From Myxococcota bacterium (GTDB lineage Bacteria; Myxococcota_A; UBA9160; JAFDDA01), in assembly GCA_965228475.1 (NCBI GenBank), contig OZ245817.1, positions 672,001 through 736,000 on the forward strand: a stretch of 64,000 bases of DNA, written 5' to 3'. The position numbers and the translations under genes are program-made. Of this stretch, positions 1 through 8,984 are shown one piece after another (the first letter of the stretch is position 1; every line of letters begins with the position of its first letter). The notes beneath the pieces were generated by a model. It was given only the letters and a program-made list of their open reading frames with translations. It was not told where the DNA came from and ran no database searches.

Positions 1-2
1 CG

Positions 3-1325
3 GACGCGCGCGGCTTCCAGGTCGAGGGCGAGAAGTACACGCCCAACCAGCAGGAGAACATCGCGCGCAACAAGACCCTGGTGAACGGGGCGCGCTACTA
101 CGTCGACCACGCCCACCCCGAGTACTCCTGCCCGGAGGTGACGAACCCGCGCGACCTCGTCGTGCACGAGAAGGCCGGCGACATCGTCGTCGAGCGCAGC
201 CGCAAGGAAGCGAACGCCCTGCTGCCCGAGGGCACGCAGATGCTGCTCCACAAGAACAACAGCGACGGCAAGGGCAACAGCTACGGCTCGCACGAGAACT
301 ACCTGATGGACCGTCGCACGTCCTTCAAGCAGATCGTCGAGCACCTGATGCCGTTCTTCGTGACGCGCCAGGTCTACACGGGAGCCGGCAAGGTCGGCAG
401 CGAGAACCGCGCCCACCCCTGCGACTACCAGCTCGCCCAGCGCTCGGACTTCTTCGAGACCGAGGTGGCCCTCGACACGATGGTCAAGCGACCCATCATC
501 AACACGCGCGACGAGCCCCACGCGGACCGCGAGAAGTACCGCCGCCTGCACGTGATCGTGGGCGACGCGAACATGCTCGAACCGACGATCTTCCTGCGCC
601 AGGGCGCGACGGCGCTCGTGCTCTCGATGATCGAGGACGGCAAGGTGAAGCCCTCCTTCGCGCTGCGGGATCCGGTGCGCGCGATCAAGGACGTCTCCCA
701 CGACGTGGACCTCGGCCACGAGGTCCAGCTCGAGAACGGCAAGAAGTTCACGGCCATCCAGCTCCAGCGCGAATACTGCGACCTCGCGACGAGCTACGTC
801 GCCCAGGCGAGCGACCTGCACCCGAGCTACAAGGACGTCGTCGAGATGTGGCAGCGCGTGCTCGAGACCCTCGAGCGCGACCCGATGGAGCTGGCCGACG
901 AGATCGATTGGGTGGCGAAGAAGGCCCTCATCGAGAACTTCATGGAGCGCAAGGGCCTCGACTGGAGCTCGCCGCGCGTGCGGCTCCTCGACCTGCAGTT
1001 CCACGACCTGCGCCGGGAGAAGGGCCTCTACTACCTCCTCGAGCGTCAGGGCCGCGTCAAGCGCATCACCACGGACGAGGAGATCGAGGCCGCCGTCACC
1101 GAGCCGCCCGAGGACACGCGCGCCTACTTCCGGGGCCAGTGCCTGAAGCGCTACTCGGGCGAGGTGTTCGGCGTGAACTGGGACTCGCTTTCCTTCGGGA
1201 TCGGCGACGAGCCCATCAAGCGCATCCTGATGGCGGAACCGCTGAAGGGAACCAAGGCTCACGTCGATGAGCTGTTGAACCAGTCGAAGGACGCGGCCTC
1301 GCTGGTGAAGGCACTGCGCGCCTAG
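3..1325 (+). CDS. dop: Pup deamidase/depupylase Dop (5'-truncated by window edge)
   Basis: Frame open from position 3 (DARGF...). Motifs NGARYYVDHAHPEYS, GNSYGSHENYL, IINTRDEPHAD..YRRLHVIVGDANM, PPEDTRAYFRG, NWDS. Lies directly upstream of pup. Confidence 0.93.
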   Translation, partial: DARGFQVEGEKYTPNQQENIARNKTLVNGARYYVDHAHPEYSCPEVTNPRDLVVHEKAGDIVVERSRKEANALLPEGTQMLLHKNNSDGKGNSYGSHENYLMDRRTSFKQIVEHLMPFFVTRQVYTGAGKVGSENRAHPCDYQLAQRSDFFETEVALDTMVKRPIINTRDEPHADREKYRRLHVIVGDANMLEPTIFLRQGATALVLSMIEDGKVKPSFALRDPVRAIKDVSHDVDLGHEVQLENGKKFTAIQLQREYCDLATSYVAQASDLHPSYKDVVEMWQRVLETLERDPMELADEIDWVAKKALIENFMERKGLDWSSPRVRLLDLQFHDLRREKGLYYLLERQGRVKRITTDEEIEAAVTEPPEDTRAYFRGQCLKRYSGEVFGVNWDSLSFGIGDEPIKRILMAEPLKGTKAHVDELLNQSKDAASLVKALRA

Positions 1326-1382
1326 CGGCAGGACGACGCGAGCGAACGGATTTCGAGCCCCGGCTCGGGAAGAGAGAGAACG

Positions 1383-1583
1383 ATGGCACAAGAGCAAAAG
1401 CACAAGGGTGGCGGTGGTTCCGGCGACGATTCGTCGGGCAAGGACTCCGGCGGTCAGAAACTCGCCAAGAAGGGCGAGGAGCTGAAGGAAGAGATGGACG
1501 CGCTCGTCGACGAGATCGACGAGGTCCTGGAAGAAAACGCCGAGGAGTTCGTGAAGAACTACGTCCAGCGCGGCGGCGAATAG
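1383..1583 (+). CDS. pup: Prokaryotic ubiquitin-like protein Pup, C-terminal GGE
   Basis: 66 aa, MAQEQ..GGGG N-terminus and DEIDEVLEENAEEFVKNYVQRGGE C-terminus; closely resembles mycobacterial Pup. Confidence 0.97.
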   Translation: MAQEQKHKGGGGSGDDSSGKDSGGQKLAKKGEELKEEMDALVDEIDEVLEENAEEFVKNYVQRGGE

Positions 1584-1654
1584 ACAGCCAAGACGGGGTT
1601 GGCCGGTCTTGGCCGGCGCCATTCAGGTCTTGTAGAACGGATTCGGGGGGGATC

Positions 1655-2452
1655 GTGTTCTTTCGCAACGGCTACTCTGGTTTCCGGAGCGGCTACCAAG
1701 GTTCCAGTTTCTTCGATCTGGTCAACAGTGAAGCGCCGGCCCTCGCGCCGGACTTCGCGACGCTCGCGCGCGGGCTCCAGCTCGAGGACGTGCCCCACGG
1801 CACCACCGTCTGCTCCTTCAAGTTCGAAGGCGGCGTCGTCATGGCCGGCGACCGGCTCGCCACGGCCGGCATGCGCGTCGCTTCCCGCGAGGTGCAGAAG
1901 GTCTTCCCGACCGACACGCATTCGATGATCGCCATCGCCGGCGCCGCGGGCCCGGCCATCGAAATGGCGCGCCTGCTCTCGATCGAGCTCGAGCACTACG
2001 AGAAGATCGAAGGCGAGCGCCTGGAGCTCGACGGCAAGGCCAACAAGCTCTCCCAGATGATCCGCCAGAACCTGCCGGCCGCGATGCAGGGCCTCGCGGT
2101 CGTGCCGCTGTTCGCGGGCTACGACCTGCGGCGCCGCGTCGGGCGCCTGTGGAACTTCGACATCACGGGCGGCCGCTACGAAGAGGGTGAGTTCGAGTCC
2201 TCGGGCTCGGGCGGCCTCTACGCCGCGGAGTACATCAAGAAGGAGTGGCGCCAGGGCATGGACGCGCCCGCGGCCCTCGACCTCGCCGTTGCCGCGATCA
2301 GCGCGGCCGCCGACGAGGACCGGGCCACCGGCGGCGTCGATCTCGGCCGCGGGATCTTCCCGATCGTGAACGTCTGCACCGAAGCCGGCATCGTGCGCGC
2401 GACCGACGAAGAGGTCCGCGCCAGCTACGACCGCGTTCGAGGAGCCAACTAG
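1655..2452 (+). CDS. prcB: 20S proteasome beta subunit with propeptide
   Basis: Propeptide then PHG|TT autocleavage site; Thr1, Asp17 and Lys33 conserved (TTVCSFKFEGGVVMAGDR...QK); SGSGG motif. Confidence 0.95.
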   Translation: MFFRNGYSGFRSGYQGSSFFDLVNSEAPALAPDFATLARGLQLEDVPHGTTVCSFKFEGGVVMAGDRLATAGMRVASREVQKVFPTDTHSMIAIAGAAGPAIEMARLLSIELEHYEKIEGERLELDGKANKLSQMIRQNLPAAMQGLAVVPLFAGYDLRRRVGRLWNFDITGGRYEEGEFESSGSGGLYAAEYIKKEWRQGMDAPAALDLAVAAISAAADEDRATGGVDLGRGIFPIVNVCTEAGIVRATDEEVRASYDRVRGAN

Positions 2453-2454
2453 CG

Positions 2455-3153
2455 ATGTCGATGCCCTTCTACGTTTCGCCCGAACAGCTCATGCAGGACA
2501 AGGCCGAGTACGCCCGCAAGGGCATCTCGCGCGGCAAGTCCATCGTGACGCTCGAGTACGAAGGCGGGATCCTTCTGGTGGCCGAGAACCCCTCGACGAG
2601 CCTCTCGAAGATCGGCGAGATCTACGACCGCGTGGCCTTCGCCGGCGTCGGCAAGTTCAGCGAGTTCGATCAGCTCCGGAAGGTCGGCGTGCGCTACGCG
2701 GACACCCGCGGCTACGCCTACAGCCGGGACGACGTGCGCGGCAAGGCCCTGGCGAACGCCTACTCCCAGGTGATCGGCGAGACCTTCACGCGCGAGATGA
2801 AGCCCCTCGAGGTGGAGATCGTGGTCGCCGAGTGCGGAGACCCGCGCTTCGCCGGCCACGAGGAGGACGCCCTCTACCGCGTGCGCTTCGACGGCAGCAT
2901 CACGGACGAGCAGAACTTCTGCGTGATCGGCGGCAACGCCGAGCCGCTCGAGAGCCACCTGCAGTCCCGGTACGAGAAGGGCGCCTCGCTCGCCGACGCC
3001 CTGCGGCTCGGCCGCGACGCCCTCGGCCGCGCCGAGAACGGCGATCCGGACCTCGGCGCACCGAACCTCGAGGTCTGCGTGCTCGAGCGCCAGCGCGAGG
3101 GCCGCAAGTTCCGGCGCCTCGAGAGCAGCGAGATCTCCACGCTCCTCGGCTAG
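2455..3153 (+). CDS. prcA: 20S proteasome alpha subunit
   Basis: MSMPFYVSPEQLMQDKAEYARKGISRGKS, KIGEIYDRVAFAGVG, YAYSRDDV, KPLEVE; ATG 2 nt after the prcB stop. Confidence 0.95.
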   Translation: MSMPFYVSPEQLMQDKAEYARKGISRGKSIVTLEYEGGILLVAENPSTSLSKIGEIYDRVAFAGVGKFSEFDQLRKVGVRYADTRGYAYSRDDVRGKALANAYSQVIGETFTREMKPLEVEIVVAECGDPRFAGHEEDALYRVRFDGSITDEQNFCVIGGNAEPLESHLQSRYEKGASLADALRLGRDALGRAENGDPDLGAPNLEVCVLERQREGRKFRRLESSEISTLLG

Positions 3154-3257
3154 GGAGGGAAGCCCGGGCCCCCGCGGGGCGCTCGGCAAAAGGTCTGCGC
3201 CCGGGCTGCCGATACCGGAAGGGCTATGGTGCCCTTCCAGGGCCGGGTGGGAGTCTC

Positions 3258-4664
3258 GTGCAGAAGCGCATCTTCGGGGTCGAGACGGAATACGGGATCA
3301 TCTTCACGCCGGAAGGGCGGAAGACGCTGCCCGTCGAAAAGGCGATCCGCTTCCTCTTCGAGAAGCTGATCACCACCGAGCATTTCCTCAACGTCTTCCT
3401 CGAGAACGGCGCCCGCTTCTACCAGGACACGGGCTGCCACCCCGAGTACGCGACGCCCGAGTGCGCCTCGCCGCGCCAGCTCATCGTCTACGACAAGGCC
3501 GGCGAGCGGATCCTCGAAGATCTCCAGGACTACGCCGAGGAGAAGATCCGCGAAGAGCGCATCGCGGGCCGCCTCAGCATCTTCAAGAACAACACCGACT
3601 TCGTCGGGAACAGCTACGGCTGCCACGAGAACTACCTCGTCGATCGCGACGTGGACTTCTACTACCTGGCCGAGCAGCTGATCCCGTTCCTCGTGACGCG
3701 CCAGATCTACAGCGGCGCCGGCAAGGTCTTCCAGACCCAGGACGGCATCCACTACTGCATCAGCCAGCGCGCGCAGCACATCTACCAGAAGATCTCGGGC
3801 ACCACGACGAACGACCGCTCGATCATCAACACGCGCGACGAGCCCCACGCGGACCGCGAGAAGTACCGCCGGCTGCACGTGATCGTGGGCGACTCGAACA
3901 TGAGCGAGTACACGAACTTCCTGAAGGTCGCGGCCTGCACCGTCGTGCTCCAGATGATCGAGGACAACTACATCCAGAACGACTTCACCCTGCGCAACCC
4001 GGTGAAGGCGATCAAGGACATCTCCTACGACACGACGTGCAAGCGCAAGCTCCGCCTCGACAACGGGCGCGAGTACTCGCCGATCGAGATCCAGCGTGAG
4101 TACTGCGAGCTCGCGCAGAAGTACATCGAGCACTACCCGGTCTCCGACGAGCTGAAGGAAGGCGTGCGCATGTGGCAGCACGCCCTCGACGCCCTCGACA
4201 CCGACCCGAACCAGCTCGCCGACAAGATCGACTGGGTGATCAAGCGGCGCCTGATCGAGAGCTACCTCGACAAGCGCGGCACGAGCTGGAACGACCCGCG
4301 GGTCTTCATGCTCGACCTCCAGTACCACGACATCCGGCTGAACCGCGGGCTCTACTACCTGCTCGAGCGCCAGGGTGCCGTCGAGCGCGTGCTCACCGAC
4401 GAAGAGGTGATCAAGGCGAAGACCGAGCCGCCCCCGGACACGCGGGCGAAGATGCGCGGCGAGTTCATCAAGCTGGCCCGGCAGAACGCCATCCAGTACG
4501 ACCTCGACTGGTCGAACATCCGCCTCGGCAACCTCCTGAACGTCCGGGTGATCTGCAACAACCCCTTCGAGACGGACACCGAGAAGGTCGCGGAGCTCGT
4601 GCGGACGATCCAGAAGACGAATCTCCGCAAGACCTCCCTCTCCAAGCTCGTCATTCAGAGTTAG
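3258..4664 (+). CDS. pafA: Pup-protein ligase PafA
   Basis: RIFGVETEYG, FLENGARFYQDTGCHPEYATPEC, GNSYGCHENYL, RLHVIVGDSNMSE, PPDTRAKMRGEFI, DWS. GTG start after a GGGAG SD. Confidence 0.93.
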   Translation: MQKRIFGVETEYGIIFTPEGRKTLPVEKAIRFLFEKLITTEHFLNVFLENGARFYQDTGCHPEYATPECASPRQLIVYDKAGERILEDLQDYAEEKIREERIAGRLSIFKNNTDFVGNSYGCHENYLVDRDVDFYYLAEQLIPFLVTRQIYSGAGKVFQTQDGIHYCISQRAQHIYQKISGTTTNDRSIINTRDEPHADREKYRRLHVIVGDSNMSEYTNFLKVAACTVVLQMIEDNYIQNDFTLRNPVKAIKDISYDTTCKRKLRLDNGREYSPIEIQREYCELAQKYIEHYPVSDELKEGVRMWQHALDALDTDPNQLADKIDWVIKRRLIESYLDKRGTSWNDPRVFMLDLQYHDIRLNRGLYYLLERQGAVERVLTDEEVIKAKTEPPPDTRAKMRGEFIKLARQNAIQYDLDWSNIRLGNLLNVRVICNNPFETDTEKVAELVRTIQKTNLRKTSLSKLVIQS

Positions 4665-4708
4665 CTCGGACCTCTCCGGCAGGGACTCCTCGGCGCTATG
4701 GTCCGCCC

Positions 4709-6994
4709 GTGGTGGCGGAGGAGCGATCGGAGCCAGCCAGGGACCCCACGGTAGGTCGGTGGGCCGTGGCCGCCTTCGTCTTCCTCACGGCCCTGATCGT
4801 CCGCGCCGTGCGGCATCCGCTGGTGTTCACGCCGTCCGGTGTGGACTTCCCGTTTCTGGGAGATCTCTACTACCACGTCCGCCGGATCTGGTTCACGGCA
4901 GCGAACTTCCCCGAGATCCTCTCTCACGATCCCTACGTGAGCTTCCCGGACGGGGCTCAGATCGTCTGGCCCGGCGCCTTCGATGGGTTGATCGGGGCGT
5001 TGGCCTGGCTTCTGGTCGGGGGCGAGAGTCAGGCACGAGTCGAGGAAGTTGCGGTGTGGGTGCCACCCGTCCTGGGAGCCGTCACCGCCGCGGCCGCTTC
5101 GTGGATCGCACAGCCCCGATACGGACGCCCGGCAGCGCTTCTCGCCGGAGGAATCTTCGCCTTTCTCCCGGCGAGCTTCGTCTTCTCGCAGCTTGGCCAG
5201 TTGGATCACCACGTCGGGGTGGCCTTGCTTGCCGCGGGCCTGCTCGGAGCCGGACTCGCCGTGATGGAAAAGCCCGGCCGGTCTACGGCGGTGGCCCTGG
5301 GTGTGATGATGGCCGGGATCATCGGGCTGTGGCCCGGTGCGTTGCTCCACGTCCTGGTCGTGGAGGTCGGGCTGGCGGTCTGGACATTCGGTGCCGCCGA
5401 CGGGCGCTCGGCTGCTTCGAGGGCGGGTGTCCTCTCGGCGGCTCACGCCCTGGCGGCGCTGCTCCTCGCCCCCTTCTGCATTGGCCGTGTTTGGGAGGCT
5501 TTCGGCGCGTGGACGCCGTGGGCGCTCTCGAACTTCCAGCCCGTTTGGTTGGGAGCGGTCGCGGCGGCGCTCGCTGTCGCCGGGGCGGCTTTCCGTCGCA
5601 CCTCGGCCGGTCGAAGCCCGGTGGCTCGCATGACCTTCGCTGCGGCGCTGGCGGTCGTTGCCTCGTCCGTCTCGCTCGTCCTGATCGCTCCCCTGCAGGA
5701 TTCCCTCTCCGAGGCTTCGGGTTGGTTCGGACAGACGGAGGAGTTCCAGAGCCACGTCGCGGAGCTTCGACCTCTGCTCTACCCGAAGGGCCGGTTCGAA
5801 CTCCGCTCGGTGGTCACGGACTTCGGCCTGGCGGGCCTCTTCTTTCCGTTGGCCTGGCTCGCGCTGTTCGTAACCGGTTGGCGACACCGCCGATCTTCCG
5901 ACGGGCTCCTCCTCTGGTTCGCTGCAAGTTTCATGATTCTCACCTTGAACCAGCGTCGCTTCGAGAACACGCTCGCCGTACCCTACGCCCTGGTGTGGGG
6001 AGCGGTGCTCGGCGACCTTGCGCCCCGCGCGTGGCGCTCCCTGGCGGGCCATCGGCTCGCGAGAGGGCTCGTGGCCGCAGGGATGGTGCTGGGGCTCCTG
6101 CTCTCGGCCGGGTCGGTGGTGAACTACTACGTGCCGTTCCTCGGCCAGGCGCAGATGGCATCGGCGAGCTTCCCGCCACCGAGGAGCCCCGTCCGAACGC
6201 AGCAGCGCCTCTTCGAGCGTGCCGGGCGCTTTCTGGCCGCGAACTCTCCACCGACGCGGGGCTATCTCGACCCGAGCGTTCGGCCGGAGTACGGAGTGCT
6301 CTGCAACTGGGGCGTTGGCCACCTGCTTCGCTATCGCGCCGAGCGGCCAATGGTTCAAGACAACTTCGGCGTCTACGGAGGGCGCCGCACATTCGACCTC
6401 GCGTGGGCGTACTTCGCTGCGGAGGAAGAGAGCGAGGCCGTCGCCATCGCCCGTTCTCTCCGGGCTCGCTACGTCGTCGCCGATCCTCTCGGCGCCGGGT
6501 CCCGGAAGCCCTACGCGCCCCGGAGCCTGGCTCGCCGGCTGGCCCAGTTCTACGGGAGCGAGCACGACCTTCCCGGAGGTCGCGGGCGTGTCCCGGCCCT
6601 CGCGCACCACCGGCTGTTGTTCCACACGAGCGGGGACGACCGCGCCGAACTCGTCACGCAGCGCCGCGACCTCGCCGTTGCCGTCTTCGAGATCGTGGCC
6701 GGCGCTCGCATCGACGGTCTTGCCCGGCCGGCTTCGAACGTCGAGGTGAGCCTCCCGATCCGAACCGGCGAGGGCCGCCGCCATCGCTACCGGGTCACGA
6801 CCGTGGCCGACGGAAAGGGGCGTTGGTCCGTGACGGTTCCGTATCCGACGGACGTCTCATGGAGTCCGGACCTCGCGGGCGGAGCGAGCTACCGCGCACG
6901 TTCCGCGGAGCGTGAGGCTGCGTTCGAGGTGCCCGAAGCCGCGGTTCGCGGCGGTGACACGGTTCCCGGTCCGAACCTGGGCGCCGGCGAATGA
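4709..6994 (+). CDS. STT3/AglB-like oligosaccharyltransferase-family membrane protein
   Basis: Many TM segments; GDLYYHVRRI, DPYVSFPDGAQIVWP, DHH, HVAE, RRF, degenerate NWGVGH (WWDxGH position), DNFG; C-terminal soluble domain. Confidence 0.7.
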   Translation: MVAEERSEPARDPTVGRWAVAAFVFLTALIVRAVRHPLVFTPSGVDFPFLGDLYYHVRRIWFTAANFPEILSHDPYVSFPDGAQIVWPGAFDGLIGALAWLLVGGESQARVEEVAVWVPPVLGAVTAAAASWIAQPRYGRPAALLAGGIFAFLPASFVFSQLGQLDHHVGVALLAAGLLGAGLAVMEKPGRSTAVALGVMMAGIIGLWPGALLHVLVVEVGLAVWTFGAADGRSAASRAGVLSAAHALAALLLAPFCIGRVWEAFGAWTPWALSNFQPVWLGAVAAALAVAGAAFRRTSAGRSPVARMTFAAALAVVASSVSLVLIAPLQDSLSEASGWFGQTEEFQSHVAELRPLLYPKGRFELRSVVTDFGLAGLFFPLAWLALFVTGWRHRRSSDGLLLWFAASFMILTLNQRRFENTLAVPYALVWGAVLGDLAPRAWRSLAGHRLARGLVAAGMVLGLLLSAGSVVNYYVPFLGQAQMASASFPPPRSPVRTQQRLFERAGRFLAANSPPTRGYLDPSVRPEYGVLCNWGVGHLLRYRAERPMVQDNFGVYGGRRTFDLAWAYFAAEEESEAVAIARSLRARYVVADPLGAGSRKPYAPRSLARRLAQFYGSEHDLPGGRGRVPALAHHRLLFHTSGDDRAELVTQRRDLAVAVFEIVAGARIDGLARPASNVEVSLPIRTGEGRRHRYRVTTVADGKGRWSVTVPYPTDVSWSPDLAGGASYRARSAEREAAFEVPEAAVRGGDTVPGPNLGAGE

Positions 6995-7063
6995 CGGCTC
7001 GCTCTCCACTCATTCGGAGCTAGACTCTCTCTCCATCGTCGATCCCCTTTGCACGGAGTTCCC

Positions 7064-7492
7064 ATGAGCGAGAGCACCCCCGAGACGAACGAATCCACCC
7101 GCAAGGCCCATCTCCAGTCCGTCCCCGCCAAGGAGTCGAGCGCGCCGGCGCCGGCCCAGAGCGGCCCCGTGCGGCAGTCCGGCGGCCACTTCACCGGCCT
7201 GCTGGCCCTGCTGCTGGCCGTGGCGGTGTTCGCCCTGCTGGCCCAGTTCTCCGCGAACCAGGGTCTCGAGGCCGAGAACGCCGAGCTGAAGACCCAGCTC
7301 GCCTCGACCCAGGCCGAGCTTGCGGCCAGCCAGGAGAACATGAGCACCGCGCGCGACGCGCTCGGCGGCCTGAAGGACGTGCTGGCCCGCGTCGAGGCGC
7401 TCCTGCTGCCGCCCGTCGCCGCCGAGGGCGGAGCCGAAGCGGCCCCCGAGGCTGTGAGCGCGGACACGCCCGAGGCGCTCCCGGCCGAGTAG
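7064..7492 (+). CDS. Hypothetical bitopic membrane protein with coiled coil
   Basis: One TM helix followed by a heptad-rich segment; GGAG SD upstream; host-like codon usage. Confidence 0.65.
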   Translation: MSESTPETNESTRKAHLQSVPAKESSAPAPAQSGPVRQSGGHFTGLLALLLAVAVFALLAQFSANQGLEAENAELKTQLASTQAELAASQENMSTARDALGGLKDVLARVEALLLPPVAAEGGAEAAPEAVSADTPEALPAE

Positions 7493-7685
7493 CGCCGCCA
7501 AGAGCGAGGAATCGCGGGCCGGTCCGACGGGCCGGCCCGCTGACCCCGCGTCCGCTCCCACCCACACGCCCTTCACCCCAGGCCGATCCACTTTCGGCCA
7601 TGCGTGTGCTTTTTCCGCTCAGGGGCCTCCCGGGTAACGCCGATGAGACTCGGTAGAACACCTCCCCCCCAACGGAGGTCCTCCC

Positions 7686-8723
7686 GTGGTCTTTGGTCCC
7701 ATCGCCGCATTCCTGTCCGACGATCTCGCAATCGATCTCGGAACCGCCAACACGCTCGTCTACTCCCGGGGCAAGGGCATGATCTGCTCGGAGCCGTCGG
7801 TGGTGGCGGTGGCGCACGACGGACGCAGCCGCGTCGAACGCGTGCTGGCCGTCGGCCACGAAGCGAAGGAGATGGTCGGCCGCACCCCGGGCGGCGTCCG
7901 CGCGATTCGCCCGATCAAGGACGGCGTGATCGCCGACTTCGAGATCGCCGAGGCGATGCTCCGCTACTTCATCCAGCGCGCGCACAACCGCAGCAAGCTG
8001 GTCCGCCCGCGCATCGTCATCTGCGTGCCGCCCTGCATCACCAGCGTCGAGAAGCGCGCGGTGCGGGAATCGGCGCTCTCGGCCGGTGCGCGCGAAGTCT
8101 TCCTGATCGAGGAGCCCATGGCCGCGGCCATCGGTGCGGGCCTCGACGTCACCGCGCCGACGGGCAACATGGTCGTCGACATCGGCGGTGGCACGACCGA
8201 CGTGGCCGTGATCTCGCTCTCGGGCATCGTCACCTCGCGCAGCGTCCGCTGCGGCGGCGACAAGATGGACGAGGCGATCATCAACTACGTCAAGCGCAAG
8301 TACAACATGCTGATCGGCGAGCGCACCGCCGAGCGCGTGAAGATGACCGTCGGCACGGCTTCGACCCACACGAAGACGAGCACGATGGAGATCAAGGGCC
8401 GCGACCTCGTGGCCGGAATTCCGAAGACGGTGATCACGAGCAGCGACGAGATCCGTGAAGCGCTGCTCGAGCCGATCAACGCGATCGTCGAGACGGTCCA
8501 CCTGACGCTCGAGCGCACGCCGCCCGAGCTCGCGGCGGACATCGTCGACCGGGGCATCATGCTCGTCGGCGGCGGTTCGATGCTGATGGACCTGGATCAC
8601 CTGCTCCGCGAGGAGACGAAGCTGCCGATCCTGCGCAGCGAGGATCCGTTCACGGCGGTGGCGACGGGGGCCAGCACGGCGCTCGAGAACATGTCGCTGC
8701 TGCGGGACGTCTGCTTGGACTGA
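7686..8723 (+). CDS. mreB: Rod shape-determining protein MreB
   Basis: DLAIDLGTANT, RPIKDGVIADF, IEEPMAAAIG, DIGGGTTD, TPPELAADI; GGAGG SD. Confidence 0.96.
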   Translation: MVFGPIAAFLSDDLAIDLGTANTLVYSRGKGMICSEPSVVAVAHDGRSRVERVLAVGHEAKEMVGRTPGGVRAIRPIKDGVIADFEIAEAMLRYFIQRAHNRSKLVRPRIVICVPPCITSVEKRAVRESALSAGAREVFLIEEPMAAAIGAGLDVTAPTGNMVVDIGGGTTDVAVISLSGIVTSRSVRCGGDKMDEAIINYVKRKYNMLIGERTAERVKMTVGTASTHTKTSTMEIKGRDLVAGIPKTVITSSDEIREALLEPINAIVETVHLTLERTPPELAADIVDRGIMLVGGGSMLMDLDHLLREETKLPILRSEDPFTAVATGASTALENMSLLRDVCLD

Positions 8724-8756
8724 GTTCTTTGCCCGGGCCTTGGGGCGTTGTCTCTG

Positions 8757-8902
8757 GGCCGGGGGATGGGGTGTTCGGCTCCGTGGGTGTGGCCGCGTTG
8801 GCTTCTACTCACGCTCGTAGAGCGCCCTGCGTTTCGTCGACTCCGGTCCGTTTTCAGGCAATAGATCACCACCCACTGCGCCGAACACCCCATCCCCCGG
8901 CC
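8757..8902. repeat. 146-bp element bounded by a perfect 23-bp inverted repeat
   Basis: GGCCGGGGGATGGGGTGTTCGGC (8757-8779) and its reverse complement (8880-8902). Confidence 0.85.
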
Positions 8903-8984
8903 AAGTTGCGCGGGTGGCTCCGGGGTTGCTCGGGGTCTCGCGTTGCCGGACCGCGAGCATGCTAGTGAGCCACCGAGTGAGTCA

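Noticed and set aside
1383..1583. Interpreting the modifier as UBact, the Gram-negative Pup analogue
   Set aside because: The sequence follows actinobacterial Pup throughout and ends in GGE rather than a UBact-type R-[ST]-G-[EQ].
2832..3257. 142-aa N-terminal extension of PafA in the ORF track
   Set aside because: Overlaps prcA in another frame and is Arg/Pro-rich shadow translation; homology begins at the GTG at 3258.
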